DNA of 64,000 nt from Opitutales bacterium (GCA_050331815.1 JBHJGM010000016.1:65653-129652), one strand, 5' to 3'. Shown: positions 27,046 to 37,856, counted from the first letter of the stretch. Program-made: numbers and translations. Notes: generated by a model from the letters alone, not told the origin.

Positions 27046-29871
27046 TTATCCACGCAGCACCACGTACAGGGCGTCCTCCGGCAGCGTCAGCTTCATCCAG
27101 TCTCCCTCGGCTTTCACGAAGTCCGCTTCACCGCGCGGCAGGCCATTAGCATCCAAAACGACTGCTTCCTTCAGGCCGGCGTTGCGTATCCACAAAACCC
27201 CTTCAGCCCGGCGAATCATCCAGGGAGTCTCGCCAGTCTCCATAATGCGCTGAGCCGCCATCGGCTTGCCCTCGATCTTCAAGTTAATCTTCTCGGTCTT
27301 CCACCCGTTAGGCTCCTGATACGTGCCGATCTGAACCAGCACCTTTTTCGAAGCCTTCAGCGGCTGCTCGTCAAGCGCAACGGTCGTGATGGCCGCGTAT
27401 TCATTTTTCACGGACAGCTTCACGTCGCCCAAGTCAATGCCCTCGGCTTTGCCCAGGTAGCCGCTGGCCGCCTGCACGCGCGGCGATTTGATCAGGTACA
27501 GCCCACGCTCGTGGTGTATCTCCACCTCGCCGGTCGAACTGCGCACCATCGCCTTTTCGTGGTCGATGTGCTCGCGATAGCTCTCGTCGATTTCGGTCTC
27601 GGAGGGGTCCGCCCCGTACTCGACGAGGACCGGTCCCACTAGAAAGGCCAGCGGATCGATCGGCGACTCCAGCTTCAAGTCCGGCGCCATCAGCCCCTGG
27701 TCCCGATTCGGGTCAAAGGAAGCGCTTTCGGCCGTCAGGGGCAGGGTCTCATCCCAGATGTTTTCCAGGCTGCGTCGCTCCACGATCACCGGGTCGGCTT
27801 CCTGCAGCATTCCGGTACGGTAGAGCAGGGCCGACGCCGGGAATTGTCCCAGTTGCATCGGCGTCGCGAAGGTCCACTTGGTCAGGCTGCTGTTGCGCCC
27901 GCCCTGCACGGCGGGAATCCACTCGGGCTTGCCGGTGGCGAACCAGAAAAACGCATCCACCCCGTTGACCGACTGCTGCGAGGCTACCACCAGCGGGCCC
28001 TCGCTTTCGTAGCGATTCGGCGGCACCCACAAGCTCTCCGGAATGATGAACGGGTGCCCCCAGGTTTGACGCGCGTTGGTCGGAAACTCCCGCGGGCTGA
28101 GCGCACCCAGCTTGTTGGTGTAAATATGGTCAGGTAGAATCTGCCAGCCGCGCGTACGGCCGGTATGCAGCGCACCAAAGTAGTGGTTCTTCCCGCTGAC
28201 CTCATTGGCCGTGTAGCTCCAGCGCTCGGCGTCGCTCACCAAAACCGGGTCTACTGTTTTCCAGTTGCCGGCGTTGATCAACTGCGGCGCGCCGAGATCC
28301 TCACGCAAAAAGCGCGCGATCTCCGTATTGAAGTTGTACATCGTGCGCGCGAAAAATTCGAGCTGGTCGGCCCGTCGCTTGAGAAAACCAGCGTTGTCGC
28401 CCTTCGACTCCACGCCGCCCTGCGAAAACTCCCACACCAGCATGATGGCTGGTAGACCGTCTTTCCAGTCCTCGCCGCGGAAGTCGTAACGATAGCCGTG
28501 CCAGGCCTCCTTGGTCTTCTCAATCGAGCCGTACTTCTCGATCAGCCAGTCGCGAAACTGCTGCTTCAAAAGTACCTCTGCCTCGCCCCGCACATTCTGA
28601 AAGGTGAAGAAGAGCATGCTGTCCTCGTTCTGCAGCTGAATGACCGCCACCGCTGGCTCGTCCTTCAGAGGAACGCCCGTGTACGGATTCGGACGCGTGT
28701 ACAACGCCCGCAGGTAGCCCTTGTACGCCTCCTGAACTTCCGGCACAAAGAAGACCAGCCCGGCCAGGTTGCCGTTCACCGGGTTGGGAATCTCCCAATT
28801 GGCTTCCCGGCGCGTATGCGATCCCCAGTAAGGCGAGAGGATGGTGTAAATCCCGGCTTCCTTCATCCCCGCCACCAGCTTGAACGCCTCGTCCAGCTCC
28901 TTTTCGTCGACGTCATTCAGTTCAACGGTTTTTCCGTCACGGCGTTCCCGGCGTGAAACCTGAGGTGCCAGATCGCCATGCCAGCGTATCACGTTGACGC
29001 CGCGCTTCGCCAAAAACTCCGCGTGGCGCTTCATCTCGTCGATGGACAGGCTGCGCTGATTGTAATTTGTACCCGCCCAAAACCGCAGCGGCTGCCCGTC
29101 GGCGCGGACAAAGCTGTGGCCATCCTCGCTCAACCGCACGAAGCCGCTCTGGCCGGCCACGTCCTCGTTGAGGTAGCGCAAATCGAGCAGCGACTCCTCT
29201 GAGAGCGGGTCCGTACTCGGCTCAAAGGGCCACATCTTGGACGCATCCTGGGTGATGACATTCGGGTTCGTCTCGCCCGGTCGGTACTGCCCGTTGGGCT
29301 CAAAACCTTCCGTGGTCAGCACGAAGCAATCGATCGCTGCGTGTGGCTTTTCGTTCTCCGGGTCGCCTAGCAAAAAGGTTAACGTGTGCGTGCCGGCATC
29401 CAGATCGTGAGAGCCAAACTTCAGCCAGGCGTAATGCTTGCCGCCGGTACCGCCGTCGAGGGCCAGGTTGCGCTCATCGCGAAAACGCCGCACATACCCC
29501 TCGGTGCGGCGATTGCGGTTGTCCTCCCCGCGCAGTGCCCGCGGCTTGATAACACCGGCTTCCTCCCCGTTGACCGCGTAAGTAAAACCGTTGCCGGCCC
29601 CGCGGACCCACAACGTATACGAACCGCTCTCGGGGATCTCGACCGAGTAAGTCACTCGACCCATCGCCTGGTCCGGCTCCTTGAAGCTCGCGACCTTGGC
29701 ACCTCCCGACAGGCCGTCTTTACGCACGGCTTCCCACCACGCGTTGGAGGTGGTCTCCGCCGAGTCATGGGCCTCGCCTTCGATCCAGAGAAAAGCGCCA
29801 AGACTGGCCGGAGCTAGACCTGCAAGGCAGGCCAACGTTACAGAACAAGAGAGAAGCGTGCGTGGTTTCAT
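27046..29871 (-). CDS. secreted glycoside hydrolase, clan GH-A-like TIM barrel with an N-terminal beta-sandwich module (family not assigned)
   Basis: It has a signal peptide. The N-terminal region is CBM-like (WIEGEAHDS...YTLWVRG). The catalytic-type blocks are RGVNVIRWHG and VIQLQNEDSMLFF, which carries the NE motif. Confidence 0.7.
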   Translation of the reverse strand: MKPRTLLSCSVTLACLAGLAPASLGAFLWIEGEAHDSAETTSNAWWEAVRKDGLSGGAKVASFKEPDQAMGRVTYSVEIPESGSYTLWVRGAGNGFTYAVNGEEAGVIKPRALRGEDNRNRRTEGYVRRFRDERNLALDGGTGGKHYAWLKFGSHDLDAGTHTLTFLLGDPENEKPHAAIDCFVLTTEGFEPNGQYRPGETNPNVITQDASKMWPFEPSTDPLSEESLLDLRYLNEDVAGQSGFVRLSEDGHSFVRADGQPLRFWAGTNYNQRSLSIDEMKRHAEFLAKRGVNVIRWHGDLAPQVSRRERRDGKTVELNDVDEKELDEAFKLVAGMKEAGIYTILSPYWGSHTRREANWEIPNPVNGNLAGLVFFVPEVQEAYKGYLRALYTRPNPYTGVPLKDEPAVAVIQLQNEDSMLFFTFQNVRGEAEVLLKQQFRDWLIEKYGSIEKTKEAWHGYRYDFRGEDWKDGLPAIMLVWEFSQGGVESKGDNAGFLKRRADQLEFFARTMYNFNTEIARFLREDLGAPQLINAGNWKTVDPVLVSDAERWSYTANEVSGKNHYFGALHTGRTRGWQILPDHIYTNKLGALSPREFPTNARQTWGHPFIIPESLWVPPNRYESEGPLVVASQQSVNGVDAFFWFATGKPEWIPAVQGGRNSSLTKWTFATPMQLGQFPASALLYRTGMLQEADPVIVERRSLENIWDETLPLTAESASFDPNRDQGLMAPDLKLESPIDPLAFLVGPVLVEYGADPSETEIDESYREHIDHEKAMVRSSTGEVEIHHERGLYLIKSPRVQAASGYLGKAEGIDLGDVKLSVKNEYAAITTVALDEQPLKASKKVLVQIGTYQEPNGWKTEKINLKIEGKPMAAQRIMETGETPWMIRRAEGVLWIRNAGLKEAVVLDANGLPRGEADFVKAEGDWMKLTLPEDALYVVLRG

Positions 29872-29939
29872 AGGGGATTGCTGATTAAATGTTTAAGCCA
29901 ATAAAGTCCGATTTCGCAGCCCGAGGTTCCCTCGGGAAC

Positions 29940-30899
29940 TCAGGGCAGGCGGCGTCCGCGTCCGGCCACCCACAGCGCGTACCAATCCTCGCGCGAGAGC
30001 TCCAACCCGGCAGCCTGTGCAGCGTTGCGGATGCGCTCCGGCCCGGTCGTGCCAATCAGCGGCTGAAACCGTCCCGGGTGACGCAACAGCCAGCCCACCA
30101 CCACGGCTTCGTTCGGCACGTCGTACTTCGCGGCCATCTCCGTCACCTTTTCCCGCGCACCCTGGATGCGGTCATTGTCGTCAGGAGATTCCCTGCCAGA
30201 GAGCTTTCCCTTGGCCAGCGGCCCCCACGGCTGCGGCGTGATTCCATGCAGCCGACAGTAATCCAGACAGCCGTGCTGCCGCGTCGGATTCACCTCGTCG
30301 ATGTCACGATTGAAATCCACGCCCTCATCCAACATCTGCGTGTGCAGCAAACTCAACTCCACCTGATTGAAGCGCAGCGGCTGCTTCACAAATTGTCGCA
30401 GCAGGGCCATCTGCCCGGCGGTCTGATTACTCACCCCAAAATGGCGCACCTTGCCCGACTGCTCCAGATCCTCAAAAGCGCGGGCCACTTCCTCTGGCTC
30501 CATCAACGCGTCCGGTCGGTGCAGCAGCAGCGAGTCCAGGTACCCGGTCTCCAGTCGTTTCAGGCAGCCTTCGACAGCCTCCACGATATGCGCATGGCTG
30601 AAATCAAAGCCGAATCCCGGTCGGATGCCCACCTTGCCCTGAATCCAGAGCGACTCCCGTTGCAGCCCCAGGTCCGTGACCGCCGCCGCGAAAACCTCCT
30701 CGCTCCGGCCCCGGCAATAAATATCCGCGTGATCGAAGAAGTTGATTCCGCTCTCCACGGCAGCTTCCAGAGCGGCTCGGCCACGCGGCAGCAGCTCGGC
30801 CACGGGCGTCTGACCATCCCAGGTTTTACCAAAGGTCATGCAGCCCAGCCCGATACGGGAAGGCTTCAACCGGCTTTCGAAGTGCTCCAGAAACTGCAT
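29940..30899 (-). CDS. aldo/keto reductase
   Basis: IGLGCMTFG, INFFDHADIY, HRPD and FGVSN are present. The start is set at MQFLEHF (ATG 30899..30897). Confidence 0.9.
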   Translation of the reverse strand: MQFLEHFESRLKPSRIGLGCMTFGKTWDGQTPVAELLPRGRAALEAAVESGINFFDHADIYCRGRSEEVFAAAVTDLGLQRESLWIQGKVGIRPGFGFDFSHAHIVEAVEGCLKRLETGYLDSLLLHRPDALMEPEEVARAFEDLEQSGKVRHFGVSNQTAGQMALLRQFVKQPLRFNQVELSLLHTQMLDEGVDFNRDIDEVNPTRQHGCLDYCRLHGITPQPWGPLAKGKLSGRESPDDNDRIQGAREKVTEMAAKYDVPNEAVVVGWLLRHPGRFQPLIGTTGPERIRNAAQAAGLELSREDWYALWVAGRGRRLP

Positions 30900-30953
30900 C
30901 CCGCAATGCCAAGGCCCAATCATGAGCCAAGGCAAGGCTGGGTTCCAGCTTCG

Positions 30954-33900
30954 CTATTCGTCATCTACCAGTTCCGTTAGCACGAAGATGAACAGCCGGG
31001 GCACGTCGCCCACCGCCTGCACGCTGCGATACTGCACACGCTCGTAGCCCGGGGCCACGCCCGCCTGACTTTGCGCGGGCTCGGTCACCAGCACCGTGCC
31101 GTTGGCATCGCTGGGTCCGCGCCATGCACTGGCATCGTCGAGCACCTCGGTCACGAACGCCGCTCGCGAGACATTCGCATCGTCGTTGCGACGGATGAAG
31201 GTCGCGTAGAGGAAATTGCCGACCACCTCGATAGTCTCCTCCGGAACGGAATTGAAGTCGTCTGGATCGGAGCCTCCGGCATACTCGCCGGCGTTATTCA
31301 CGCCGTCCATGTCGGGGTCAGCGTCCGGGTCGGCATCCGAACCCGACAGGCCATTGTCGAGCGCCCACTGGTCGTAGCCGGCCGGACCACCAAAGATAGA
31401 CGGCACCACCGAGCTGAAGGTCTCCCCAAAACGAAAGTCATCGGCCTCGGCCTGATTCGCGCCAGTTGAGCCATACCATCCGTACCCACGCAGTAGCAAG
31501 TCGACCGCACCGTTGGTGGTCAATTCGGCATCAGGCGTGGCGGGTGGCTGGAAGGTCACCGGCGGATCGACGTAGAGGCGCAGCGTGTCGCTGGTTGCAC
31601 CGAAATCAATCGCTGCCACAACCAGCTGGACCGTGTTGGTCAGGCGCGCCTTCGAGGACGTGACCACCGTCTGGCTGTTGCTCTCGGCCGCGCTGTCGCG
31701 AGCCGTCAACGACCAGAAGCCATCCGTAACGCTGACCGTGGCCAGGCGTTGGTCCGTCAGCTGCGTCTGGTTTCCGCTCGCGAGCACGAGGATGCGCGTG
31801 TTGGGTGCCCCCGGGGCAAAGCGCGCCAGGAAACTCACCCAAAGGGTCGTGCCAGGCTCGCCGATGGCAGTGCTGTCCGCCGTCGAAACCAGCGGCCCAA
31901 ACGCGCTGACATCCAGGAGCCGGCTGGCGGACCGGAACTGGTCGCCGCCCACCACGTATTGCCCGCCCGAGGTGATCAGGTCCGGGTAGCTGAAGGGGGT
32001 GATGTCCGCGATGACAAAGCCCGGGGAGTTAGCCTGCACCACCCATTCACCGGAGAAACCGGTTCCGGTTGTTTGCGCGTCGAGCACGCCGACGGTGCCG
32101 GACTCAAAATCCTCGAAGGCGATCGGATCTTCCGACGGAGGAGGGGGTGGAGGCGGCGGAGACGGATCCATCACCAACGCGCCGAAACTGTCAGCGAAGA
32201 CAAAGTCATCGGCCGCTGCCTGATTGGACCCGGATCCACCAAACCAGCCCAGGCTGCGGAAAAGCATATCGACCGCGCCATTGGTAGTCAGCGTCGCGTC
32301 GGCGGTCAACGGAGCCGTCATATCCAGCGGCGGATCTACGTAGAGTCGCAGCGTGTCGCTGTCCGTGCCAAACTCAACCGCCACAGCGATCAGTTGCACC
32401 GTGTCCACCAGCGCCGGTTTGGTCGATTCGGCAACGGTGCGGCTGTTCGCGTCGCTAGCGCTGTCGCGCGCGCTCAAGGCCCAGTTCCCATTTTGGATAT
32501 CGATCGTGGCCAGGCGCTGCGACGAATTTTGAGTGGTGCTCCCGTCGGCCAAAACGACTACGCGGCGGTCCGTCACGGCGTTCATCCGGATGAGGAAACG
32601 CATCCAGAGCGTCGTACCGGTTTGGCCAATGGCCGTGTCGTCGGCCGAAGCGATCAGCGGTCCAAAGCCCGACACATCCAACAGGTGCGTCGCGGAGCGG
32701 AAACTGTCGCCGCCCACCACGTACTGGCCGCCTGAAGTGGTCAGGCCCGGATACGTCAGCGGGGTATCGTCTTCGATGGCGAAGCCGGGAGAATTGCTGC
32801 CGTTTTGCACATTCCATTCCTCGGCAAAGCCCACGCCCGTGACTTGTTCGTGCAACAATCCGAGCGCGCCCAGCTCAAAGTCGTCCGAGGCAAAAATTTG
32901 GTCGGACGGTGCGGACAACGCGAAACAGTTAAAGATGCGGTAGGCCGGGTCCCCGTCGGGATCGAGTGCGCGCAGCAGGATGGTTTCCGAAGATGCTGCG
33001 GTCGGCGTGCCGCTGATCGTAATCAGTGGCGCGGTGCCGGAGGTCAGGCTCAGACTCAGTCCTTCCGGCAAAAAGCCGCCGATCTGCTCCAGTTCAATCG
33101 AACCGTCGCCGGTGATTTCAATCTCAACAAAATAAGGCGTACCCACGGTGGCCGGCGGCAGCTCGGTCTCGGTCAGAAATTCGGGCACGGTGCCCACCGG
33201 GTCGTCGATGTGGTTGATGCTTGCCTGCTCCTGCACCCAGTCCAGCAGGAAGCGCCACTTTACCGCGTAGCCGGGCACGAGCGGATCGATTGGTTGGTCA
33301 AGGTACTCCAGGTGACCCCAAAAGCCAAACTTGCCCCAAAGCGACACATCGACAAAGGCATCGTGCGTGCGCAGGCCCAACTGCTTGGCCAGCGTCAGGT
33401 GGATCCGGTACATCTCCGCAATGCGCGGATGCCGATTCAGTGCCGCCATAAAGTCGGTGATGCCGTCGTCGTCCGGACTGCCCAAGTCGAGCGCATCGGT
33501 GGGATTGTTCGGGCCGCCCTCATAGGCCACGATCGGCACGTTGAAATCCAGTGCGATGTTGCGATTCTTCTGACCGAATCCACCACCGGCACCGGTTTGG
33601 TCCACCCCGGAGGTGACCGGCGTCAGGCTCAGCAAACGCCGCTCCCACTCGTCAAAGGCCAGGTTGAGGTTCGCCTCGCTCGGGTCGTCTTCGATCCCTT
33701 CGTCACGCACCCAAAACTGCATGCTCTGGCCAAAATACGTCGTGACAGCCAACACGTCCGGCTGGGTCGCCTGTGTGTAGCCGCCGTCACCTACGATGGT
33801 GTTGCCGGATGTCGCCGTCGGCAGCATCGGACCGTAGGCAAACGCCTCCGTCAGAAATCCGCGTGTGTAATTCTCACCGGTTGTATTTGCGCCCGTCCAG

Positions 33901-35120
33901 GCGCTGGCCACGCGCACCAAGCGATCCGTCCCACCGAAGACCTCTTGAAAAATACTCCAGATCTCGCTCGCACGCCGGGCGTTGAATACCCGTCGGTTGA
34001 TACCCATGGTGTTGGCCTGATCTTGCGCCCAATTGCCCTGCGCGAAGTTGCTGCCGTTACTCCAAATCTCGTTGGAATACTCGATGTAGAGCTTCAGCGA
34101 CGGGTCCAGCGGCGCGTAGTACGGGTCGACCTGCGGACTGGTGTAGGGCGTGCCATTGATGTCGGACCCAAACAGAATCAGATTGGCCAGATTGCGCACG
34201 TAGGTGTCCGTGGCCATGTGGGGTAAGCTGATCCACATATTCGTGTTGGTCTCGTTGCTCAGCGCGACCATGTACTCCCAGGCGACACCGGTGCGACGAT
34301 CGCCGCTGAAACCATTGGCCGGCGGACGACTGTTGATTCTGCCGGCCATGAAAACGTGGTTGGGTGGGCGGCGGTCCGACCAGGTCATCTGGGGGCTGGC
34401 GTTAGTGGCGTTCCAGTCCATAAAGCGGATGGTCGCGATTTCCGGATCGTCCAGACGATCGATGTAGACCGGGTTGAAAATCGGCTCGGGGTCTCCGGGT
34501 GCCGGCTCCAGCGACTGATTCTGCGGATCAGCCGGGTCCGGCGCCCAGACTCGGATTTTTGTTACGGGGTCAGTGGGATCCAGTTCCAGAATCTCGATCC
34601 GCATGCCGAGGCCGCTGCCACTAAAATCGTAGACCCGCCGGCCATCGGTGCGCAGGCCCGTGGCAGGGTCCCCGCCCACGTAGCTACCATTCGTGAATTG
34701 CACGTCACCGCGACCTTCCCAGGTAACCACAATGCGTCCTTCCAGCAGATCGTTGCGGTTGCTGCGCATGTTCTGCCCTGGCTGCGCGTAAAAGGTCTCG
34801 TCCGGATTGAGAAAGAGCGGGTAACCGTTGGCGTCGAGCTGGCTGACCGGCGGCCGGTCCCCGGTGTAGGCGCCATCGATCCGCAGCCGCCAGTCTCGTG
34901 ACTCGATAAAGAGCAGGTTGGCAAAAACCGGCGCATTAAAATAAGTAACGCCACCGGCACCGACGCCCATCTCGGGCAGCGTGCTGGGGTCGAAGGCGGC
35001 CGAGGCCGAAGGCGCTGCGAATCCGCTACTGAGCACGAGCCCAAGGGCGCAAGCACCTAAAGCTTTTGGCGCGCCACGCGTACGCAAGAAAACACGGTTG
35101 AGAAAGAGTTCGGAAAGCAT
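30954..35120 (-). CDS. 1388-aa secreted multidomain protein: unassigned TIM-barrel-like (clan GH-A-like) module + Ig-like domain + 2 LamG/concanavalin-like repeats + Asp-rich Ca-binding-type repeat
   Basis: It has a signal peptide. RFMDWNATNASPQ, YIEYSNEIWSNGSNFAQGNWAQDQAN and VAYEGGPN are candidate catalytic Glu motifs. It also has a poly-Pro linker (PSPPPPPPPPSE) and the Asp-rich stretch DADPDADPDMDGVNNAGEY. It is a paralog of 51454..54528. Confidence 0.8.
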   Translation of the reverse strand: MLSELFLNRVFLRTRGAPKALGACALGLVLSSGFAAPSASAAFDPSTLPEMGVGAGGVTYFNAPVFANLLFIESRDWRLRIDGAYTGDRPPVSQLDANGYPLFLNPDETFYAQPGQNMRSNRNDLLEGRIVVTWEGRGDVQFTNGSYVGGDPATGLRTDGRRVYDFSGSGLGMRIEILELDPTDPVTKIRVWAPDPADPQNQSLEPAPGDPEPIFNPVYIDRLDDPEIATIRFMDWNATNASPQMTWSDRRPPNHVFMAGRINSRPPANGFSGDRRTGVAWEYMVALSNETNTNMWISLPHMATDTYVRNLANLILFGSDINGTPYTSPQVDPYYAPLDPSLKLYIEYSNEIWSNGSNFAQGNWAQDQANTMGINRRVFNARRASEIWSIFQEVFGGTDRLVRVASAWTGANTTGENYTRGFLTEAFAYGPMLPTATSGNTIVGDGGYTQATQPDVLAVTTYFGQSMQFWVRDEGIEDDPSEANLNLAFDEWERRLLSLTPVTSGVDQTGAGGGFGQKNRNIALDFNVPIVAYEGGPNNPTDALDLGSPDDDGITDFMAALNRHPRIAEMYRIHLTLAKQLGLRTHDAFVDVSLWGKFGFWGHLEYLDQPIDPLVPGYAVKWRFLLDWVQEQASINHIDDPVGTVPEFLTETELPPATVGTPYFVEIEITGDGSIELEQIGGFLPEGLSLSLTSGTAPLITISGTPTAASSETILLRALDPDGDPAYRIFNCFALSAPSDQIFASDDFELGALGLLHEQVTGVGFAEEWNVQNGSNSPGFAIEDDTPLTYPGLTTSGGQYVVGGDSFRSATHLLDVSGFGPLIASADDTAIGQTGTTLWMRFLIRMNAVTDRRVVVLADGSTTQNSSQRLATIDIQNGNWALSARDSASDANSRTVAESTKPALVDTVQLIAVAVEFGTDSDTLRLYVDPPLDMTAPLTADATLTTNGAVDMLFRSLGWFGGSGSNQAAADDFVFADSFGALVMDPSPPPPPPPPSEDPIAFEDFESGTVGVLDAQTTGTGFSGEWVVQANSPGFVIADITPFSYPDLITSGGQYVVGGDQFRSASRLLDVSAFGPLVSTADSTAIGEPGTTLWVSFLARFAPGAPNTRILVLASGNQTQLTDQRLATVSVTDGFWSLTARDSAAESNSQTVVTSSKARLTNTVQLVVAAIDFGATSDTLRLYVDPPVTFQPPATPDAELTTNGAVDLLLRGYGWYGSTGANQAEADDFRFGETFSSVVPSIFGGPAGYDQWALDNGLSGSDADPDADPDMDGVNNAGEYAGGSDPDDFNSVPEETIEVVGNFLYATFIRRNDDANVSRAAFVTEVLDDASAWRGPSDANGTVLVTEPAQSQAGVAPGYERVQYRSVQAVGDVPRLFIFVLTELVDDE
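31404..32114 (-). repeat. internal coding repeat, unit B (second LamG-like domain)
   Basis: EDFESGTVGVLDAQTTGTGFSGEW...LRLYVDPP...EADDFRFGETFSSVV is colinear with unit A. The similarity is also visible at the DNA level, for example GACGTAGAGGCGCAGCGTGTCGCTG versus TACGTAGAGTCGCAGCGTGTCGCTG. Confidence 0.85.
32172..32885 (-). repeat. internal coding repeat, unit A (first LamG-like domain)
   Basis: DDFELGALGLLHEQVTGVGFAEEW...LRLYVDPP...AADDFVFADSFGALV. It is separated from unit B by the poly-Pro linker. Confidence 0.85.
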
Positions 35121-35587
35121 CGAGCAAGCCTGGGTTAGGGTGTTTCTGAGTGAACTTGAACATGTATCACGTCACCCACGCTGGCAACACCCGCAAAGTT
35201 TCAGCACCTTCAAAGTCGGCATCAACGTAACTTATGAGTGACGCTTCCTCGGGCGTCACCCAGTACTTATAAATCACAAAACCGCCGGCCCGCGGCGAGC
35301 AGCCAAACCGCCAATTTAGGCAGTAGAAATCCACGAGCAAAACGCGCAAATGCGTCCCTGCGAGAGCAGTCAAGGGTCATTACGATTTAAAAAGAGAGCG
35401 TTAGCGGAGAGATTTCCGTCGAATGAATTACATACAGCAGAAAAACGCCGGGATTGCCCCCGAATCTGCAGTTGTTAAGTCAAGAATCTGTCGACAGCAT
35501 CCGACTTTCCCCAGCACCGATTTTTCGCTAAATCAGCCGGCCTCATCTCGCTGATTAGACCTGCTGACACCACACCGACCTGACGCC

Positions 35588-36343
35588 ATGTTCCTCAACT
35601 ACCGGGAAGTCTTTCAAAAACGCGGGGCCGCCTACCATGAAGCCATGCAACGCTGGCCCAAGGCCCGTGGCAACGAACTCCAAACCATCATCGACTGGGC
35701 CCAGCCTCGGCCCGAAGACCTGGTGCTGGATCTGCCCAGCGGCGGCGGATATCTGCGACCGCTTCTGCCCGAAGGCGCGCGGCTGATCGCCATCGATGAG
35801 TCGGAAAACTTCCTGCACTCCGGCCCGCATGCCGGCAGCGTCGAAGCGCGCTGCGCGCCGCTGGACGCCACGGGCCTGCCTGCAAACCACGCCAATGTGG
35901 CCATCAGCCTTGCCGGGCTGCACCACGTACCGGACCGTGTGACCGTCTTTGCCGAAGTCTTCCGTGTGCTCAAACCGGGGGGCGTCTTTTGTGTCGCTGA
36001 TGCGCTCGCTGGCGGCGCAGTCGCGCGCTTTCTGGATGGTTTTATCGACCAGCACAATTCATCCGGACACGAGGGCCGCTACCTCACGCAGGCCTCGTCC
36101 GAGGAACTTCGCCGAGCCGGCTTTGAGGTCGAGCGTGCCGAATCCGTGGACTATCCCTGGGTGTTCCCCGACCGCGAGGCTCTTGGCGGCTACTGCAAGC
36201 TGCTGTTCGGCCTCGATCTCGCCGGCGACGAGGCTTCCGTGGCAGAAGGCATCGCCGAGTGGCTCCCCGTCCACGAACGCGACGGCCAAACCCACCTGGA
36301 CTGGAGCCTCTACTTCCTGCGCGCCCGTAAACCGGCGGCTTGA
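35588..36343 (+). CDS. class I SAM-dependent methyltransferase
   Basis: Motif I is VLDLPSGGGY. The post-I and later motifs include LHHVPD and LKPGGVFCV. Confidence 0.85.
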   Translation: MFLNYREVFQKRGAAYHEAMQRWPKARGNELQTIIDWAQPRPEDLVLDLPSGGGYLRPLLPEGARLIAIDESENFLHSGPHAGSVEARCAPLDATGLPANHANVAISLAGLHHVPDRVTVFAEVFRVLKPGGVFCVADALAGGAVARFLDGFIDQHNSSGHEGRYLTQASSEELRRAGFEVERAESVDYPWVFPDREALGGYCKLLFGLDLAGDEASVAEGIAEWLPVHERDGQTHLDWSLYFLRARKPAA

Positions 36344-36350
36344 GGCATCC

Positions 36351-37580
36351 CTACGGCTGACCCTTGCCGAGCAGACCCAGATCCAGCCCCGCTTTTTCCG
36401 CGTAAGCGATGTTCTTCGTAGCCAGATCGACCCGCTGCTTGACGCACCCGGCCGAGGTGAGCGGATCCTCTGGGGTATTTTTCACGTAATCGACCAGCTT
36501 CTCGACAGTGGTGGTCGCCACATGACTACGCGTGTCCGAGGAGGCGTAGTAGATAAATACTTCACCGCTGTCGCGCGTGATCACACCGTTGGTGAACACC
36601 ACGTTGGAGACATCGCCGATGCGCTCTTCGCCCATCGGTGCGATCAGGTGGCCGCCCGGGCGATGCGTCTGCTTCCAGGGCTCGTCGAGCGCGCACATAA
36701 ATGCATAAACCACGTAGCGCAGCCCCGCCGCGCAATTGCGCACACCATGGGCGATGTGCAGCCAGCCCTCGTCCGTCTTGATCGGCGCAGCGCCAGCCCC
36801 GTTCTTCACTTCCTTCATCGTGTGGTAAATCCTTTCGTCGACGATGTGCTCGCCCATGACCTCGGCTCCGTCGATTTTCTCCGAAAACCCGAAGCCAATG
36901 CCGCCTCCGGAACCGGTCGTGGTGAAGCCATCCTGGGGACGGGTGTAAAAGGCGTATTTGCCGTCGATCAGCTCTGGCAACAGGACCGCGTTGCGCTGCT
37001 GCGGCGAGGAGGTTTTCAAATCCGGCAGGCGGTCCCAATGGACCAGGTCCTTGGTGCGGGCGATGCCGCACTGGGCCATGGCGGCAGAGGTATCGCTGGC
37101 GGGCGCATCGGGGTCTTTGCGTTCGGTGCAAAAGATGCCGTAAATCCAGCCGTCGGCATGCTGAACGAGCCGCATGTCGTACACGTTGACGTCCGGGTCG
37201 TCCGTCTCCGGCATGACAACCGGAAAATCCCAAAAGCGAAATCCGTCGACCCCGTTGTCACTCTCGGCCACCGCGAAGAAGCTCTTCCGGTCAACGCCTT
37301 CGACCCGCACCATCATCAGGTATTTGCCGTCGTGGTATATCGCGCCCGGATTGAACGCCGCATTCATGCCCATGCGCTCGAGCAGGTGCGGGTTGCGCTC
37401 CGGGTCAAAGTCGTAGCACCAGTGCGGCGGCACGGATTCATGAGTCAGTACCGGGTGCTGATAGTACGTAAGCACCCCGTTGAGCGACCGCGCTTCGTCA
37501 ACCGGGTTATTGCGGCCCAGCACGGACTCGTAGTGGGCGTAGATGGCTTTCAGGCGGGCGTCGTAATCGGAAGCAGGCAT
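36351..37580 (-). CDS. GH130 family beta-mannoside phosphorylase (4-O-beta-D-mannosyl-D-glucose phosphorylase-like)
   Basis: It has no signal peptide. [57 protein letters not shown] and IYYASSDTR are typical of five-bladed GH130 enzymes. Confidence 0.8.
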   Translation of the reverse strand: MPASDYDARLKAIYAHYESVLGRNNPVDEARSLNGVLTYYQHPVLTHESVPPHWCYDFDPERNPHLLERMGMNAAFNPGAIYHDGKYLMMVRVEGVDRKSFFAVAESDNGVDGFRFWDFPVVMPETDDPDVNVYDMRLVQHADGWIYGIFCTERKDPDAPASDTSAAMAQCGIARTKDLVHWDRLPDLKTSSPQQRNAVLLPELIDGKYAFYTRPQDGFTTTGSGGGIGFGFSEKIDGAEVMGEHIVDERIYHTMKEVKNGAGAAPIKTDEGWLHIAHGVRNCAAGLRYVVYAFMCALDEPWKQTHRPGGHLIAPMGEERIGDVSNVVFTNGVITRDSGEVFIYYASSDTRSHVATTTVEKLVDYVKNTPEDPLTSAGCVKQRVDLATKNIAYAEKAGLDLGLLGKGQP

Positions 37581-37689
37581 GCCCTAAGTCCATGCCACGC
37601 CCCCAGCCTCGCAAGCAAGCGCGGAATCAGTTCGTTGGCTCGGGCTGGCGGCAGCGTTGGGGACACTTCGCCCACATCGCCCGTCGAAG

Positions 37690-37856
37690 GTGTGGCAGGG
37701 AACGTCCAGGTCCTCCGCCAGCGCCACAAACTCACGGTCGTAGCTGGCCAATCCCGAGCGCAGCGACGACCTTGGTATCCGCAACAAGCACATTTATTCG
37801 CACCCTTCTTCCACTGCGGCCAAAATTTCATCCATCGAAGGCGACACGCCGGCAGC
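37690..37856 (-). pseudogene. decayed PIN-domain (VapC/FitB-like) toxin remnant
   Basis: It lies directly downstream of the RHH antitoxin. Two different frames encode VLVADTKVVAALGIGQ and SYDREFVALAEDLDVP. Both resemble the C-terminal D..IAA.A...LvT.D.dF part of PIN toxins. The N-terminal ~80 residues are missing and a frameshift is required. Confidence 0.35.
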
